Under the pieces are notes generated by a model. That model was not told the DNA's origin. It made no database searches and saw nothing but the letters and a program-made list of their open reading frames with translations. Positions 25,919-39,715 of a stretch of DNA of 64,000 bases are shown here, in pieces. The stretch is from the human T2T-CHM13v2.0 reference genome, Homo sapiens. A program made the translations under genes and the position numbers. How positions within the stretch are numbered: the stretch's first letter is position 1; each line of letters begins with the position of its first letter. The stretch lies in the NCBI RefSeq assembly GCF_009914755.1, contig NC_060928.1; one strand, given 5' to 3'.

Positions 25919-26929
25919 CATCTGCACTCTCAACAAGAAGTGAGCTCCAGCCACCCTGCTCATTTGGGAGGTTGATCCCGTCACTTCTTGCCTCCTCTTA
26001 GTTATTGTTCTCAGAAGCAGTCATCCACCTGCTTCTGAACATGTGCTCACTCTCTCTGTCTCTACTGACTCTCCACTTTCACTTTACAATATCCTTGTAC
26101 TTGACCCACTATAGGCAGATCTTATGGGGCTCAGGAGATTACCATAACTAAGACTGCCTTTTATTTTTCAAAAAAATAACTTAATTAACTCTTTAACAAA
26201 TTTTAAGGCTTATGACACTTATGAAAGAAAACAATTTTGCTTCCCTGTCCACAAGTGATTGAAGCCATAAGTGAACTAAATTTAACTAGGTAGGGGTGGA
26301 CAAGACAGAGGTCAGCCATATCTGAAATGACTTGGTGCTAATCTCATTCCAATAAAGGCATTTGTATATGGCAGTGACAAACCTACCTGATGAAATCAAG
26401 CCTTTTGCAAAGAATAAACATTAAGTAAACAAAGAGAAGTAAGGTGACTTGGATGCGGGGCATGAATCAAATAATATGGATGTGCTATTTCAGTTCTTCA
26501 TATCTTTCATATATTCCAGTCTACAAACACAGAGCCCAGAGTATCGGAAGAGCTAAAGAGATGATATCCCTTATTTCTCTCATATTCTTATGAATGTTTG
26601 TGATTAATACCTCATTACCAAAAGTAGTCTGTGCAGACTTAAAATGCCTGACTTCCCCATTCCAATAAATAAAAAAAATCTATCTAATCGTTTCTCCTAC
26701 TACAGCATTCCAACTCCATCACCACTACTTTCTTCTTTAGTTTGAACTAGATAAATTGCTTTGCATGTAGAATGCCCCCTTCCAGCATTTCTCAATAAAA
26801 CAAATACTGTATAGCCCACCAAAGTCCAAATATTCTTTATTAACTCATGCCATATTATTAATAGTTCTGTTTATTTCTTACCTACAATGGTGTGTCAATG
26901 AAGTATATGATCAGTGGCATTTTTCAGAA

Positions 26930-27450
26930 AAGAACATACATTCACTTAGCCAAACAGAAGTTTTAATCTTAGCACAAAACAAGAAGATAGGTATACCGCG
27001 CTTGATGGCTGATTCAGTGGCTTTATTATTTCATGAAGGACACATGGTCCATGGCCATTCTGCTTCATCATTCTGTGTGTGGCTTTTGTTTTCATGCTTA
27101 TCTCACCGAGGTTGCGAAAGGGCTGAAAATGACTGCTTTGCCTCCAACATTGTATCAGTCTTCCAAAAAGAGATGAGAGGCAAAGGACAAAAGGTATGGA
27201 ACATATGAGCCTAAGCTCTGTATAAGTTTTACAAAGTGATTTCCGGTTACATTTCATTGACTAGAACTCATTGTCATTACCACAAATTACCATTGCCAAT
27301 CAGGGCCACCCACAAAGGAGGATGGTGTTTTATTTGTTTTGTTTTGTTTTTATTTTATTTTAGATGTAAACATTATTACTCTGAATGAAAATCAGGGGTC
27401 CATTGGTGTCAACAAAAGAGAAGATGGATAGTGAGCAATTGTCCCACAGT
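26930..27450 (-). mobile_element. MLT1J/K/L-like MaLR LTR
   Basis: gctgattcagtggct...tcattgactagaactcattgtca...aatcaggggtcc...gagaagatggatagtgagc. Confidence 0.55.
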
Positions 27451-27489
27451 TTCTACTTCAAAGAATGCAAAACAAAATAGTGACTATTT

Positions 27490-28370
27490 GTATTGTGTCA
27501 TCTCAGCTAAGCAGGAGCTCTGTTTCATAGAATCTCCTTACTTTTGAGGGTCTGGATTAGGGTGGCCATGACAGAATTTTGAGCCACGTTTGAAGGCAAA
27601 AGTAAAGCTTCAGCCATATTTTTATTTTATTTTATTTTATTTTAAGTTCTGGGATACATGTGCTGAACGTGCAGTTTTGTTACATAGGTATACATGTCCA
27701 TGGTGGTTTGCTGCACCTATCGATCTGTCATCTAGCTTTTAAGCCCCATATGCATTAGATATTTGTCCTAATGCTCCCCCTCCCCTTGCCCTCTACCCAC
27801 CAATAGGCCCCAGTGTGTCATCACTATTCCCCTCCCTGTGTCCATGTGTTCTCATTGTTCAACTCCTACTTACGAGTGAGAACAAGTGGTGTTCGGTTTT
27901 TTGTTCCTGTGTTACTTTGCTGAGGATGATGGTTTCCAGCTTCATTCATGTACCTGCAAAGGACATGAACTCATTCTTTTTTATGGCTGCCTAGTATTCC
28001 ATGGTGTGTATGTGCCACATTTTCTTTATCCAGTCTATCAGTGATAAGCATTTTGGTTGGTTCCAAGTCTTTGCTATTGTACATAGTGCTGCAATAAACA
28101 TACATGTGCATGTGTCATTGTAGTAGAATGATTTATAATCCTTTGGGGATATACCCAGCAATGGGATTGCTGGTTGGGGTAGTGTCAGTTGTCACTGGTT
28201 TGCTTGCTTCCCTTGTTACCATGGAGCAATAGCTGGGCCCACAGATCCTCCTTCCTTTCTGCCCTGCTGAATTCAGTCCCAGCACCAGACACAGAAGCAA
28301 CAGTATGCGTAAACTGTATGGCCAGTTTACCCAATTACCTAACATCACATTTCAATGACAAACACTATAT
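27490..28370 (+). mobile_element. LTR40-like ERVL LTR split by L1PA
   Basis: gctaagcaggagctctgtttcatagaat...gattagggtggcca...gaaggcaaaagtaaagcttcagccat before the L1; agctgggcccacag...ccagcaccagacacagaagcaacag after it. Confidence 0.6.
27619..28173 (-). mobile_element. L1PA7/8-like 3' end, 5'-truncated
   Basis: (TTTTA)n tail, ttaagttctgggatacatgtg, ttttaagcccca.atgcattag, ctgcaaaggacatgaactcattctttttt, atacccagcaatgggattgctgg. Confidence 0.92.
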
Positions 28371-28479
28371 TCTGTGTTATTTCTAGTAGTTCATTTTATA
28401 ATGAAGAAATTAACAATGACAAATGAATTCCTGATGTTGAAGCAGATTGAATGTTTCTTACTAAAATTAAAAACATATA

Positions 28480-28768
28480 GGCTGGGTGTGGTGGCTTACG
28501 CCTGTAATGCCAGCACTTTGGGAGGCCAAGGCGGGCAGATCACAAGGTCAGGAGTTCAAGACCAGCCTGACCAACATGGTGAAACCCCATCTTTATTAAA
28601 AAATATAAAAATTAGCTGGATATGGTGGCATGCACCTGTAATCCCAGCTACTCAGGAGGCTGAGGCAGGAGAATCACTTGAACTCAGGAGTTGGAGGTTG
28701 CAGTGAGCCGAGATTGTGCCACTGCACTCTAGCCTGGGCAACAGAGCAGGACTCTGTCAAAAAAAAAT
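28480..28768 (+). mobile_element. AluS (Sg-like)
   Basis: ggctgggtgtggtggcttacgcctgtaat...gatcacaaggtcaggagttc...gcctgggcaacagagc plus A tail. Confidence 0.96.
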
Positions 28769-28804
28769 CTATATCTATCTATATCTATATCTATATCTAT
28801 ATCT
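28768..28804 (+). repeat. (ATCTAT)n hexanucleotide microsatellite at the Alu tail
   Basis: atctatatctatctatatctatatctatatctatatct. Confidence 0.9.
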
Positions 28805-29504
28805 TCTGATAATTAGTGAGCATGGAAAAGAACAAAGAGCATAGTTAGCGCAGTCAGGGAATTGTTGGTTTATATCCCAAATCTGCAATGTTGTAAAAGT
28901 TTGACCTTGTGCAATGCATCCTCTTGAAGACCTGATTTTCTTATCTGTATGGCAAAGCTAATTGTACATGTACCTTTCAGAGTTCTTGTGACATTTACTA
29001 ATAATACATATAAAAGGGCCAGCATTCTATTTAGTAAAAAATAGATGTTCCAATAAGTGATGGCTGTGAATGCAGTGCACTTTCCATTATACCAGGAGAA
29101 AATAAATAAAAATATATTTTTAACGTTGTGACAGAAAGAGCAATATTCCATAAATGTAGGAAACAAACAATTAATTGTATTAGATGATAAGGGCATGATA
29201 AAAGCAGAACATTACCTAAAGATTAATAGTTTAAGAAAGAAAATTTCTCTTTCTCTCTTTCTCTCTCCCTTCTCCCTTACCCATCCACCCACAACTACCA
29301 CTATTATAACTAACCCAGTGTGTGAGTTTAACAACTATATTGCAGCTTTTCATTTAAGGCCATTTAATTGCCTTAAAGGTGTTTTTAAAAATCTTTAAAA
29401 TCAATCAATAAACAGACAAATATCTTAATGAAAAAATAAGCAAATAAACTAAATGAAAAAACTCTCAGAAAAACAGTAATACTAGAATTACATATTAAAA
29501 TATT

Positions 29505-30655
29505 TTCATTCTGGGCAGGAAATATAAAAGATGAGCCTGGAACACCTTGTAGTGCCAGCAAATAAAAACAAATGCTCAGAAGGAAGGAAGGAAGGAAGGA
29601 AGGAAGGAAGGAAGGAAGGAAGGAAAGAAGGAAGGAAAGAAGGAAGGGAGTTACGGAGGGAAGGAGGGAGGGATGGAGGGAGGGAAGAAAAAAGGAAGGA
29701 AGGAAGGAAGAAGGAAGGGAGTTAGGGAAGGAAGGAGGGAAGGAGGGAGGGAGGGAGGAAGGGAGGAAGGGAGAGAGGGAGGGAGGGAGGGAGGAAGTTA
29801 GCTGAGGTCATATTAACATGACATAAGAGCCAACTGAAAGAGCTCCCAATAGCCAAAGTTGACACAATTTGAGCAAAATATTAAATAAAATAGGATCAAA
29901 TAACACAAAGTATAGAATAAATATCCATGAGGCCATACCGATATAAATATATAAATGAATGAATAAATAAATAAATGTATAATAGACAAATCTCTCTTTC
30001 AGAAGAACTCCAAATAATTTATGTAGATACCTAGTTCTCAGGTTAGATGAAGGGTAACTTCTCTCTCCCTAAGTGTGGGGCTATTCATAGTGAATTCGTC
30101 CCAATGAGTACAGTATGGAAATGGAGAAAAACAGAATAACTTCATAGTGCAGAAACTGACCAACATTACCTCTTCCAGGCGAACATGGTTAACACCAGCA
30201 TTTATAAGTCATGTTGACAGCATGTGCCCTGGATACACTCTGATGAAAGCACTTCACCTCTCTTGTTGTGCACATAATCTCAATATAATAAGAAAAACAC
30301 CAGGCAAATCCCAATGAAGAGATATTCTGCAAATATCTGACAAATATGCCTCAAAAGTGTCAGGGTCATCAAAAACAACAAAAGTCTGAGAAACTCTTAA
30401 GATGAGAAGGACACTAAGGAGACATGACTACGGAGAGTAATATAGTATCCTGGACAGAAAATGGGACCTAGGTAAAAACTAAGAACATCTGAAAAAAGCA
30501 TGGGCTTTAGTTAATAATAATGTATCAATGCTGGTTCATTAGCTTTAACAACTGTACCATACTAATGTCAGATGTTAATAATAGGAGACATAGGTCTGGG
30601 AATTCTCTATTTTCAAATTTTTTCTGTAAATCTAAAATTGTTCTAAAATAAAAAG
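29505..30655 (+). mobile_element. L1MC3/L1MD-type 3' UTR fragment
   Basis: ctgggcaggaaatataaagatgagcctggaaca; gagccaactgaaagagctcccaat; gagtacagtatggaaa; ctttagttaataataatgtatcaat; ends tctaaaattgttctaaaataaaaag. Confidence 0.8.
29578..29796 (+). repeat. (GGAA)11 plus degenerate GGAA/GGGA polypurine tract
   Basis: 11 perfect consecutive GGAA units at 29582-29625, then mixed ggaa/ggga/agaa. Confidence 0.97.
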
Positions 30656-31360
30656 CACATTTTTAAAAGATATTCATTCTCATTGTGCTAAGTAAATAGT
30701 TTTTTTAAAGTTATAATTTTTCCCATATTATACTGGCAAAAGGTTTTTAAAGGTACAGAAACTTAGTGTTAATAGAAAATGGATACTTAGTATAAATTCA
30801 CACAATTTTTCTAGAGAGCATTTTGCATTAATAGTTCAATGAGGCATACACATTGATTCAGACATCTCATTTCCAAGATTTATTCCTGTGATGCTTAATA
30901 TACAAGTAAGAAAATACATAAGAATGTTTCTTGCAGTTAAAGTTTTATCAATTTGATAGTCATTAAATGAGGAATAGTCCATCCATATATCCAATATTGT
31001 ATAGCCATTAAAATTATGCATTTGGAAATATTATATCTACATCACAGTTTTTATGAAAATTATACTGTGATTCTACTTATATAAATACATGCACACACAC
31101 ACAGGCATCTACATATATAGAGAGGGTAGTTAGTGGAAAAATACTAGGGGTCGATAGTGGAAAAAAGTAGAAAATTCGATTATTATTATGTTTTTCTTTT
31201 TAGTTAATTTTATGAAATATTACAAATCTAATTTTAATGCTATAGTTTTTGTTCTTTAATTTTTAGATTCTTAAGGAATATCTTATCCTGGTGAACCAGT
31301 CAGTAATCATGAACTTCCTTTTACCTCTCAAGTTTAATGCCCAGAGTTAAAGACTCCTAG

Positions 31361-31695
<335 letters not shown>

Positions 31696-32005
31696 TAGCT
31701 TTTTGAGTCTTCAGCTGATTGGGGAACAAATGAATGCAAATGTAAACAGGAGAAAACTAGTCTTAAGTGGTTGAACAACTTTGACCAAGGTCACACTGTT
31801 GGCGAGTAGACTCACCAGGATTCATGTACTGATCTGTTTAATTTCGAACCCAGCTTTACAACCACCCGACGTTGTTCTGGAAACAGACAGACTGTAATTG
31901 CCTGTATTTGTTCAAGTCTCTACTCTGCTGTGTCCTAGCTGTGTGAATATTGAGCAACTTAAGTAATCTCTCAGATCTTCACTTTCATCATCTGTAAAAC
32001 TAGGA

Positions 32006-32301
<296 letters not shown>

Positions 32302-34000
32302 CTACTTTCCAAAACCATGCAAGAAGAAAATACTGCCAGAATTTAGAATAGATGCCTAATAAATATTTTTTGAATAAGTAGATGAACAAATGTAGGAACA
32401 ATAAATGTTACCTAAACAGAGTGTGACAACCAGTTTGTCAACACACTAGTGATATAAAAGTTTCCTAATTATGAAACATCTTTTACAGGGATTATTCACC
32501 ATAAGATCCAGGACTCTATACATTTTGCTCACTGCTAAGTAGTCCTTTCTTACCAGTTTAATCTCCCTCTAAAATGCTCATTCTGTCTCAAATGCATATT
32601 GTAAGCTATTTAAAAAGTTGGATTTTCTTCCTTGGGAAAGACACTATTTCTTCTACTTGCCAAAATAATACATATATTATATGGGTAGTTAAAACAAACA
32701 TTTTTAAATTTTATTAAAGGAGTTGTACTGATTTCATAACTGAAATATAAGATATTAACAATAAAGATGTTTTGACAGTAAGAGTCTGTCAACATTATAT
32801 CTAGAAGTATACATAAATCTAATATAAAATATCTAGAAAATCCAGAAAAATTAATGACAGCAAAACTATAGTCCAAACACTGATGAGTCTCATCAGCTGA
32901 CTGAATATGACACATATTAAGAGAATGTCTGAAAGTCAGTTATTTTCTCAGTTTTTAAGGCCAGTATCTGTCAATTACTCAGATGCAGCATAAGTAAATG
33001 CATAAAGATTAGCCTTTTTCATCAATTTAAAAATCATGAGAAAATAAAATTTTTAATTCAATAGGGTCTCTAAAGATCTATTTCTTAAAACTAAATATAA
33101 CCTGCTTTTAAAAGGGAACACAAAGATGTGAAACAAGAAAATGAATTAAAATTCCTTAACATTTAAACTTTCCTAAGTGAAAACTTTTCACAGGCCTGAT
33201 AGTGAGGGATGAGCTGGAACTCTGTGGTGGGAACAGTGCTGGGGGTTTATCTACAACGACGATGGTTAAAATCCGGGACCTTCTTGACCTGTTCAGTGGT
33301 GGGTTTACATTGAAACTGTTATAAATTATTACAGAGGTGAAGCCAAGCCAAACAGTCCAACATAAATATATCTGCAGACATACTGGCTACTATATATTCT
33401 AAACACTGTCGGTAAATGAATAAACAGAGCTTTCTAAATCATTTAAGAAAATATATTTATTCATAAAATCAATAATTTTCAGTTTTCAGTTTGAGCCTCC
33501 TAAAAAATGAGAGACCTATTATAACTAATTTTTTGGAATCCGTAAATATCATGGATTCCCAAGCTGCTCCCTTCCTGCGATAATGGCCAGAACCTCACAC
33601 TTCTCTAAGTGATGTGTGAATGTTTTTCAGTTTGGACACTTGACTAATCTCTACCTGTTGAAATTGTTCCACTGCATTACACAAGTTAAATATTTGAGCT
33701 CCACAATTTCAACAGACTGACTCTGCATCTGTATAAAGGGACAAAGAAGTATAATATGACAGTCTGATTTTCCTAGGGTTGTTGGGATAGCAGCAAGCCT
33801 GCTGCTGGCTTGCCCATATGGGTGAATCATAGCCAACCAGGGTAGACCAAATTTTGTGGTCTGGTTTTATTTGCCTAGTCATATAACTCAGGGCTTTAAG
33901 TCTGCACATTGTTGACCAAAACATTAATTGTGGCAAAATAGTTTGTGTCTGTACTGAAAGAGTAATACCAGGGTAACCCACATGTAGTGACCATGAATTA

Positions 34001-34003
<3 letters not shown>

Positions 34004-34032
<29 letters not shown>
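34004..34032 (+). repeat. Poly(A)29 mononucleotide tract
   Basis: 29 uninterrupted A, with no adjacent retroelement body. Confidence 0.95.
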
Positions 34033-34034
<2 letters not shown>

Positions 34035-34888
34035 AGGAAAAAAAGGCATGAGGCTGTGTTTTGTTGCAGGGGAAAGCTCCTAACCTCTGAAGCTAAAGTC
34101 ATTGGGAGGTCTCATGTTGAAGACAGCTTCAATAGAAACGAGGTTGTTTTATGGGAGGGAGGAGGGGCTGCCGGTTAAAGCAATAGGTGCTTTTCTGGAT
34201 AGTATTTATTTTCTCTTTGTGTTCCAGTATTAATCAATGTAAGTGTCTTTCTCTGTCATTTGAGTTTCCCTGTCTATTAAACACAGCCAGCTGGTGATAA
34301 TCTGCAGTTCACTTTTCCTAAGGGAAATTGGCCTTCACTGGTCCCTTTACTGATTGGTAAATTGATAGGTTGATTTTGATATAATCAATGAATGTTAGAC
34401 ACAGGGGAGAAAACCAAACCCCAAAATGTCAAACTGAATGTCACAAAATATGGAAGATTTCTAGGGAGAATATAAAAAGAGATCTCCTGAGGCAAACATA
34501 TGGGTTCAGGATGAAGGTCTCAGCTGGATGAGTGATGAAAGTGAACGCTATTTTTTTCTTCCTGCCTTAAGCATTATTCAGAGTATCCACTTTGAAGCTA
34601 CGCTAGAGAAAAAACATGCCTCAGACCCTATGTGTTGGTCCCATACTATCCAGGCAGCCATCAAGAGAACATTAGTATACTAGTTTAGGTTTCTGTGAGC
34701 AAGGGAGGGCTGTTTTTCCTTTTAAACGGCCCCAGGACTCCAAAGAGTGAAACAGTTTCCCAGGGCCCTGGCAATGGTAACATCTGTTGGTGGAAACCCA
34801 AGAGCTGCTGGGTAATGAGGATGGACCTCCAGACCCTGAATGTCTATCTCACCTATGGCTCTTTAGGATAAGCTAATTGTGTTCTAAT

Positions 34889-35338
34889 TGTATTAGTTTC
34901 CTAGTGTTGTTACAACAAAGTACCAGCAACTCTTAAAACAAAAGATGTTTATATTGTCTTGAAGTTCTGGAGGCCAGAAGGCTGAATCCCAGGTTAGCAG
35001 AGTTGGTTGGTTCCTATTGAGGGCTTTGCGGAGTCTGTTCCATGCCACTCTCCTAGTTTCTGGTGATGGTTGGCCATCTTTGGCATTCTATGGCTTGCAG
35101 CTGAAACCCTGCAATCTCTGTCTCCGTTGTCACATGGCAATCTTTTTACAGTATGATTCTCTCCTCTTCTTCTAAGGACACCAAACATATCAGAGTAGGC
35201 TCACCCCATTCTAGTATGACTTCCTCTTAACTAATTACATTGGCAATGACCCTATTTCCAAATAAGGCTACATTCTGAGGTACTAGGGGTAGGACTTCAG
35301 CATATCTTTTGGGGAGGGATAAAATGCAATTAATAACA
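34889..35338 (-). mobile_element. MLT1C-like MaLR solo LTR
   Basis: tgtattagtttcctag...gttctggaggccagaag...ccatgccactctcctagtttctggtg...gaccctatttccaaataagg...aataaca. Confidence 0.88.
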
Positions 35339-36247
35339 TTGATCAATTCATATGTTATGTTTCTTTCAGTCTATGAAAATACTTCAACCTAAAATGCTAG
35401 TAATACTTTCAAACAAAATGTAGTCCCATGTTCTGTAATACCCTTTCAGGAGATCTATAAGGCCAAAACTATTTTTGTAGTATTATTATTTGACCTTTTT
35501 ATTCTCAGTTTTGGGCAACTATACAGAAATCCTTAGTAATCCTTTTCAAATTCTTTATAATATGTAATAATGTCGTCACTCTGATGGCTAATGGAATGTG
35601 CATTTGTATATTATATTATCTAGAATTTTCTGATGTAGTGCTACAGAATAAATTTGTACATTTTCAGAGATAACTAGATTTATTCCTAGAACCTCTACTG
35701 TGCTCCTGTTAGCTATACTTGGTTGTAACTGCTAAAATCATTGTAGTCTAACTATTGTCAAAAAAATCATTTGTTGAAAATTCCAAAATTTTTCTTATAA
35801 TTACATAAAACACAACAAGAAATAGTACACATTTGTGTACTTACTTACATTTGTATTTGAAGATAAATCCTTTGCTTAAAAAGGGAGATTAAAATACTAT
35901 TTCAATCCACATCTAAACATTCTGAAAAAAATTAAAATGATTTTTCAGTGTTCTCTGACCAATGCAAGAGAGGAATCTACACCAAAGAAACTGAGAAAAC
36001 TATAATATAAAGATTATGTTTAAAAAACTAAAATAAAAAGTGATACTATAACAAAAAGTGTTTTACTTTATTGTGTCTTAAGCAACACATACTTTTTTAA
36101 TAGTATCATGGTGACAGTTAAATTGAGGTGCCATTTAGAGATCAATCATTCAGAATTTAAGAAAACCAAATATTCTAAATGAATGCACAATGAGCTCCTT
36201 ATGCCAACAATTGTCTGTTACAGTTTTTCAAACTAACATGAAAAAGC

Positions 36248-36382
36248 CGAGCCAGGTGCAGTGATGTGTGCCTGTAGTCCCACCTCTCTACCTGGAAGGA
36301 TCCACTTAAGCCCAGGAGATCAAGACCAGTCTGGCAACACAGCAAGACCTCATCTCAGAAACAGACAAACAAACAAACAAAG
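36248..36382 (+). mobile_element. Free Alu monomer (FLAM-like) with a (CAAA)n tail
   Basis: gccaggtgcagtgatgtgtgcctgtagtccc...aagcccaggagatcaagaccagtctggcaacacagcaagacctcatctc. Confidence 0.85.
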
Positions 36383-36594
36383 CTACTGAAGCATCTTATA
36401 GGATAAATTATATATTGCATTGGCTAAAGGAGGACACTCAATAACTAAGAGCTTAATAAAACCATGTAGAGTTGACATTTTCAAAATGCCTGCTGAATGA
36501 AAAGTCAGTAAAATAAATCACAGCACCACCACTTTCACAAGTTACAGTAACTTGTGAAATTAAACATGTAGCTGCAAATATGAAAACTGAGTTA

Positions 36595-36980
<386 letters not shown>

Positions 36981-37161
36981 TCACCATTATATATTTGCAA
37001 GAAATTTTAAAAGAGGAAAAGAAGCCAGTGTCACTTAAGAATAACCTAGAAAAAGCACTAAAACATTGATTTTATTAATCTCAATTTTTGATTATAAGCC
37101 ACATTTTAATATTTTGTGTAGTAAAATGTGAAGTATGCACAAAACACTTTGGCTACAGAAC

Positions 37162-37471
37162 GAAGTCTGATGGTTGTCTCCAGGACAAACACTGCTGCAG
37201 TTATTTGAGTTGCAAGCTGAACTACTGCTTTTTTTATTTTGTTTTTGTTTTTCACAGAACATCATTTTTATTCAAAATAAAAACTGACGAACTATATTTA
37301 ATCAAACTTGGGTATTTGGCAAACATTTTCCTGAAAGTGAATGAAGTGAAGCTGTCAAGTCAAGGCAAACAAATGACGGTATTTGTTGTCGATAATAAAA
37401 TTCAAGCTTTTGAGTCAAAATTAGAATTTTGGAAACCCTGTATCCTCTACCATGAGATTGACAGCTTCTAA
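37162..37471 (+). pseudogene. hAT (Charlie/Buster-type) transposase remnant, with a stop codon and a frameshift
   Basis: gaa gtc tga tgg ttg tct = EV*WLS (cf. the EVRWLSRG motif; CGA>TGA); ORF 37088-37471 ends with the LAYLADIF...LQG...KIxAFxxKLxxW-like block. Confidence 0.8.
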
Positions 37472-39715
37472 ATACTTACAGACTTTTCTGATGAGGTTGG
37501 TGGTGATATTAACAAATATAAATCTTAGTGTTAATTTAGAAAACCTGAATAATTCAAATAACCAAATTTTCAAGTATTGAACAATATTACAAAATCAAAC
37601 ATAGACAAAAGATCCATTCAAAAATCAAGATAAACAATGGCTTTTAGTATAATAGAAAATCAAAAGTTTATCAATATCATTTCAGATTACACACTAATCT
37701 TTTACAAATTATCCTTGGAAAGTTGATATAGTACAAAAGAAGAACATCAATAATTATTTGAAAAGCTGATTATAAGTTCAACTATGTGTGTGTGTTTGTG
37801 TGAGAGAGATTGAATTTTCTACATATATTTCAACCAAAACAATTTATCACACTGACTGAATGCAGAAGCAGATAGGAGAGGAGCTGTCTTCTTTTAAATC
37901 AAGTATTACAAATGTTTGCAATGAAAAAAACAAAGTAAAAGGCTTGCAAAAATATAAAATGATGATTTTTAATAGAACTGTGATCATACTTGTTGCTTTT
38001 AAATGTGTTAATAAACTTTCAAAAACTCTCACTGCTAATATATAACAAATAAAGATTTAAAAACATCTTTTTGAGGTACTCAATATTTTTTAAAACTAAA
38101 AGGAATCTTGAGATCAGTTTGAGAGCTGTTGATCTGAAAATCATTGATAATCCTTTTATGCTCCTTTCCCCTGCTCTTTGAATCCAGCTTGCTTTAAGTT
38201 AGGTTCAGATTCTTTATTTCAAGATCATAGCTGGAAGTCCCTGCTAGTATAGTCCATGTGTGGGAGAACCATTCTCTCACTCTCCAGAATGCTTGATTAG
38301 AAGGCAATGGGAAGTAGAGAAAAAGAACTGATGGGATAAGAGGAGCAGAGAGGGGAGCAAACGGAGAAGATTGGCACAGTAAGCATACTCTCCTTCTTAC
38401 CCTGATTCTCTCCTCCACAATCCAGACACAATAGGGCTAGTATCTGCCATGGCACAGAGCTTCCAGGACCCAGACCCAGCACTAAGGCAACATTTATTTT
38501 CACCCATTGATGCTATCTATGTTCTACTTGCTCTTAAATATTTTAAATGTTATTCTGACATGTGGCATCATTAGGAGGATTAATTACCACAGCATACGTA
38601 AAGTGCTAGCACAGTGCCTGGTGCATAAATATACTCAGTGAATGTTACATATTATTATCACCATGATTTCTTCATCTCATTTTTATGTCTCTGTCTTCCT
38701 TGACCTATCTCTGTGTCATGACTGTATTTTACCCTATCTTTTCACACTGGGGCACTACCAGTCCTGAATTATGCAATGAAGACTGAAAACAACTTCAGCA
38801 TATTCCAAAACAGTGGTTTGCTTTGAGATGCAACCCAACACCTTTCAAAGGAGCCCAACAAAGTGTTCGGGGCATATGCATACCTTCTAAGCATTGGCTT
38901 TTGTTGCCCTTTGCCAATTGCAAAAGGAAAAAGAGCAAACTTGCAAAAATATCCCCAAGAGACTACTTGGTATTTGAACCTGGCTCAAGGCAAAAACTAT
39001 GAAAAGCCCTGTGTGAAAATCGGTCTTTGGTGAGAGACTTCTGGCCAGCAAAGACTGCCTCAATACTCTTCATAAAGCAAACAAGCCTCTGAAAACCTGG
39101 CCACTCACTACTGAAGCAACTCAAATTCCAACACTAGGAATTTGACTTATTACTAATACAATTTCCTTCATGAGCAGATGTTGGACACAGAGAATATCCC
39201 AACCAGGGCAATTCAGATTCCCAATCCTTCCTATTTTACTTAAGCTGTAGGTGTATTTACACAAAACTTTGGGCAGCATTAAACCACAGCTAGTCAGAGA
39301 GGTCCTGGATGCTCAGGAGTAAGTCATCCTTCCCCACTTGAAAGGCATCTTTTGCCCAAGAATCAGCCAAAGGAGTTTCCGGTTCATTCGGAATCCAGGT
39401 CTTCAGCACAACATGGCTTTTTGCTTTTTAAATTTTTTTTCCCTACCTGTTCAACCAACAAGCAAGCTGAGACATTAAGTATTTTTCCACGGTTCTCCAC
39501 AAATGCAAAATGTTGCTTCTGCTCGCATACAAATGAGGCCTTACCGTTTACAAAGAGCTCTCTTACGTGTTTCCTTATTTCATCTTCACAGGAGCCCCTG
39601 AAAGTGAGGTGGATGAAGGTTCCAGTTTCCATAGGGTAAAATAAAAACAACTGAATTTGGAGTCAAAAGAACTGACCTTAAGTGCAGCTCTACTGTTAAC
39701 TAGCTGTGTGGTCTT

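Noticed and set aside
28374-28706. Alu-derived ORFs (also 14611-15011, 31390-31774, 36655-36843, 51319-51675, 53079-53303)
   Set aside because: The translations are the familiar Alu pseudo-peptides, not genes.
29531-29805. R/K/E/G-repeat ORFs
   Set aside because: Translation of the GGAA microsatellite.
32880-32896. Perfect palindrome ctgatgag-t-ctcatcag, containing a hammerhead-like CUGAUGA
   Set aside because: 8-bp arms are expected about once by chance in 64 kb, and there is no GAAA or stem II/III arrangement of a hammerhead.
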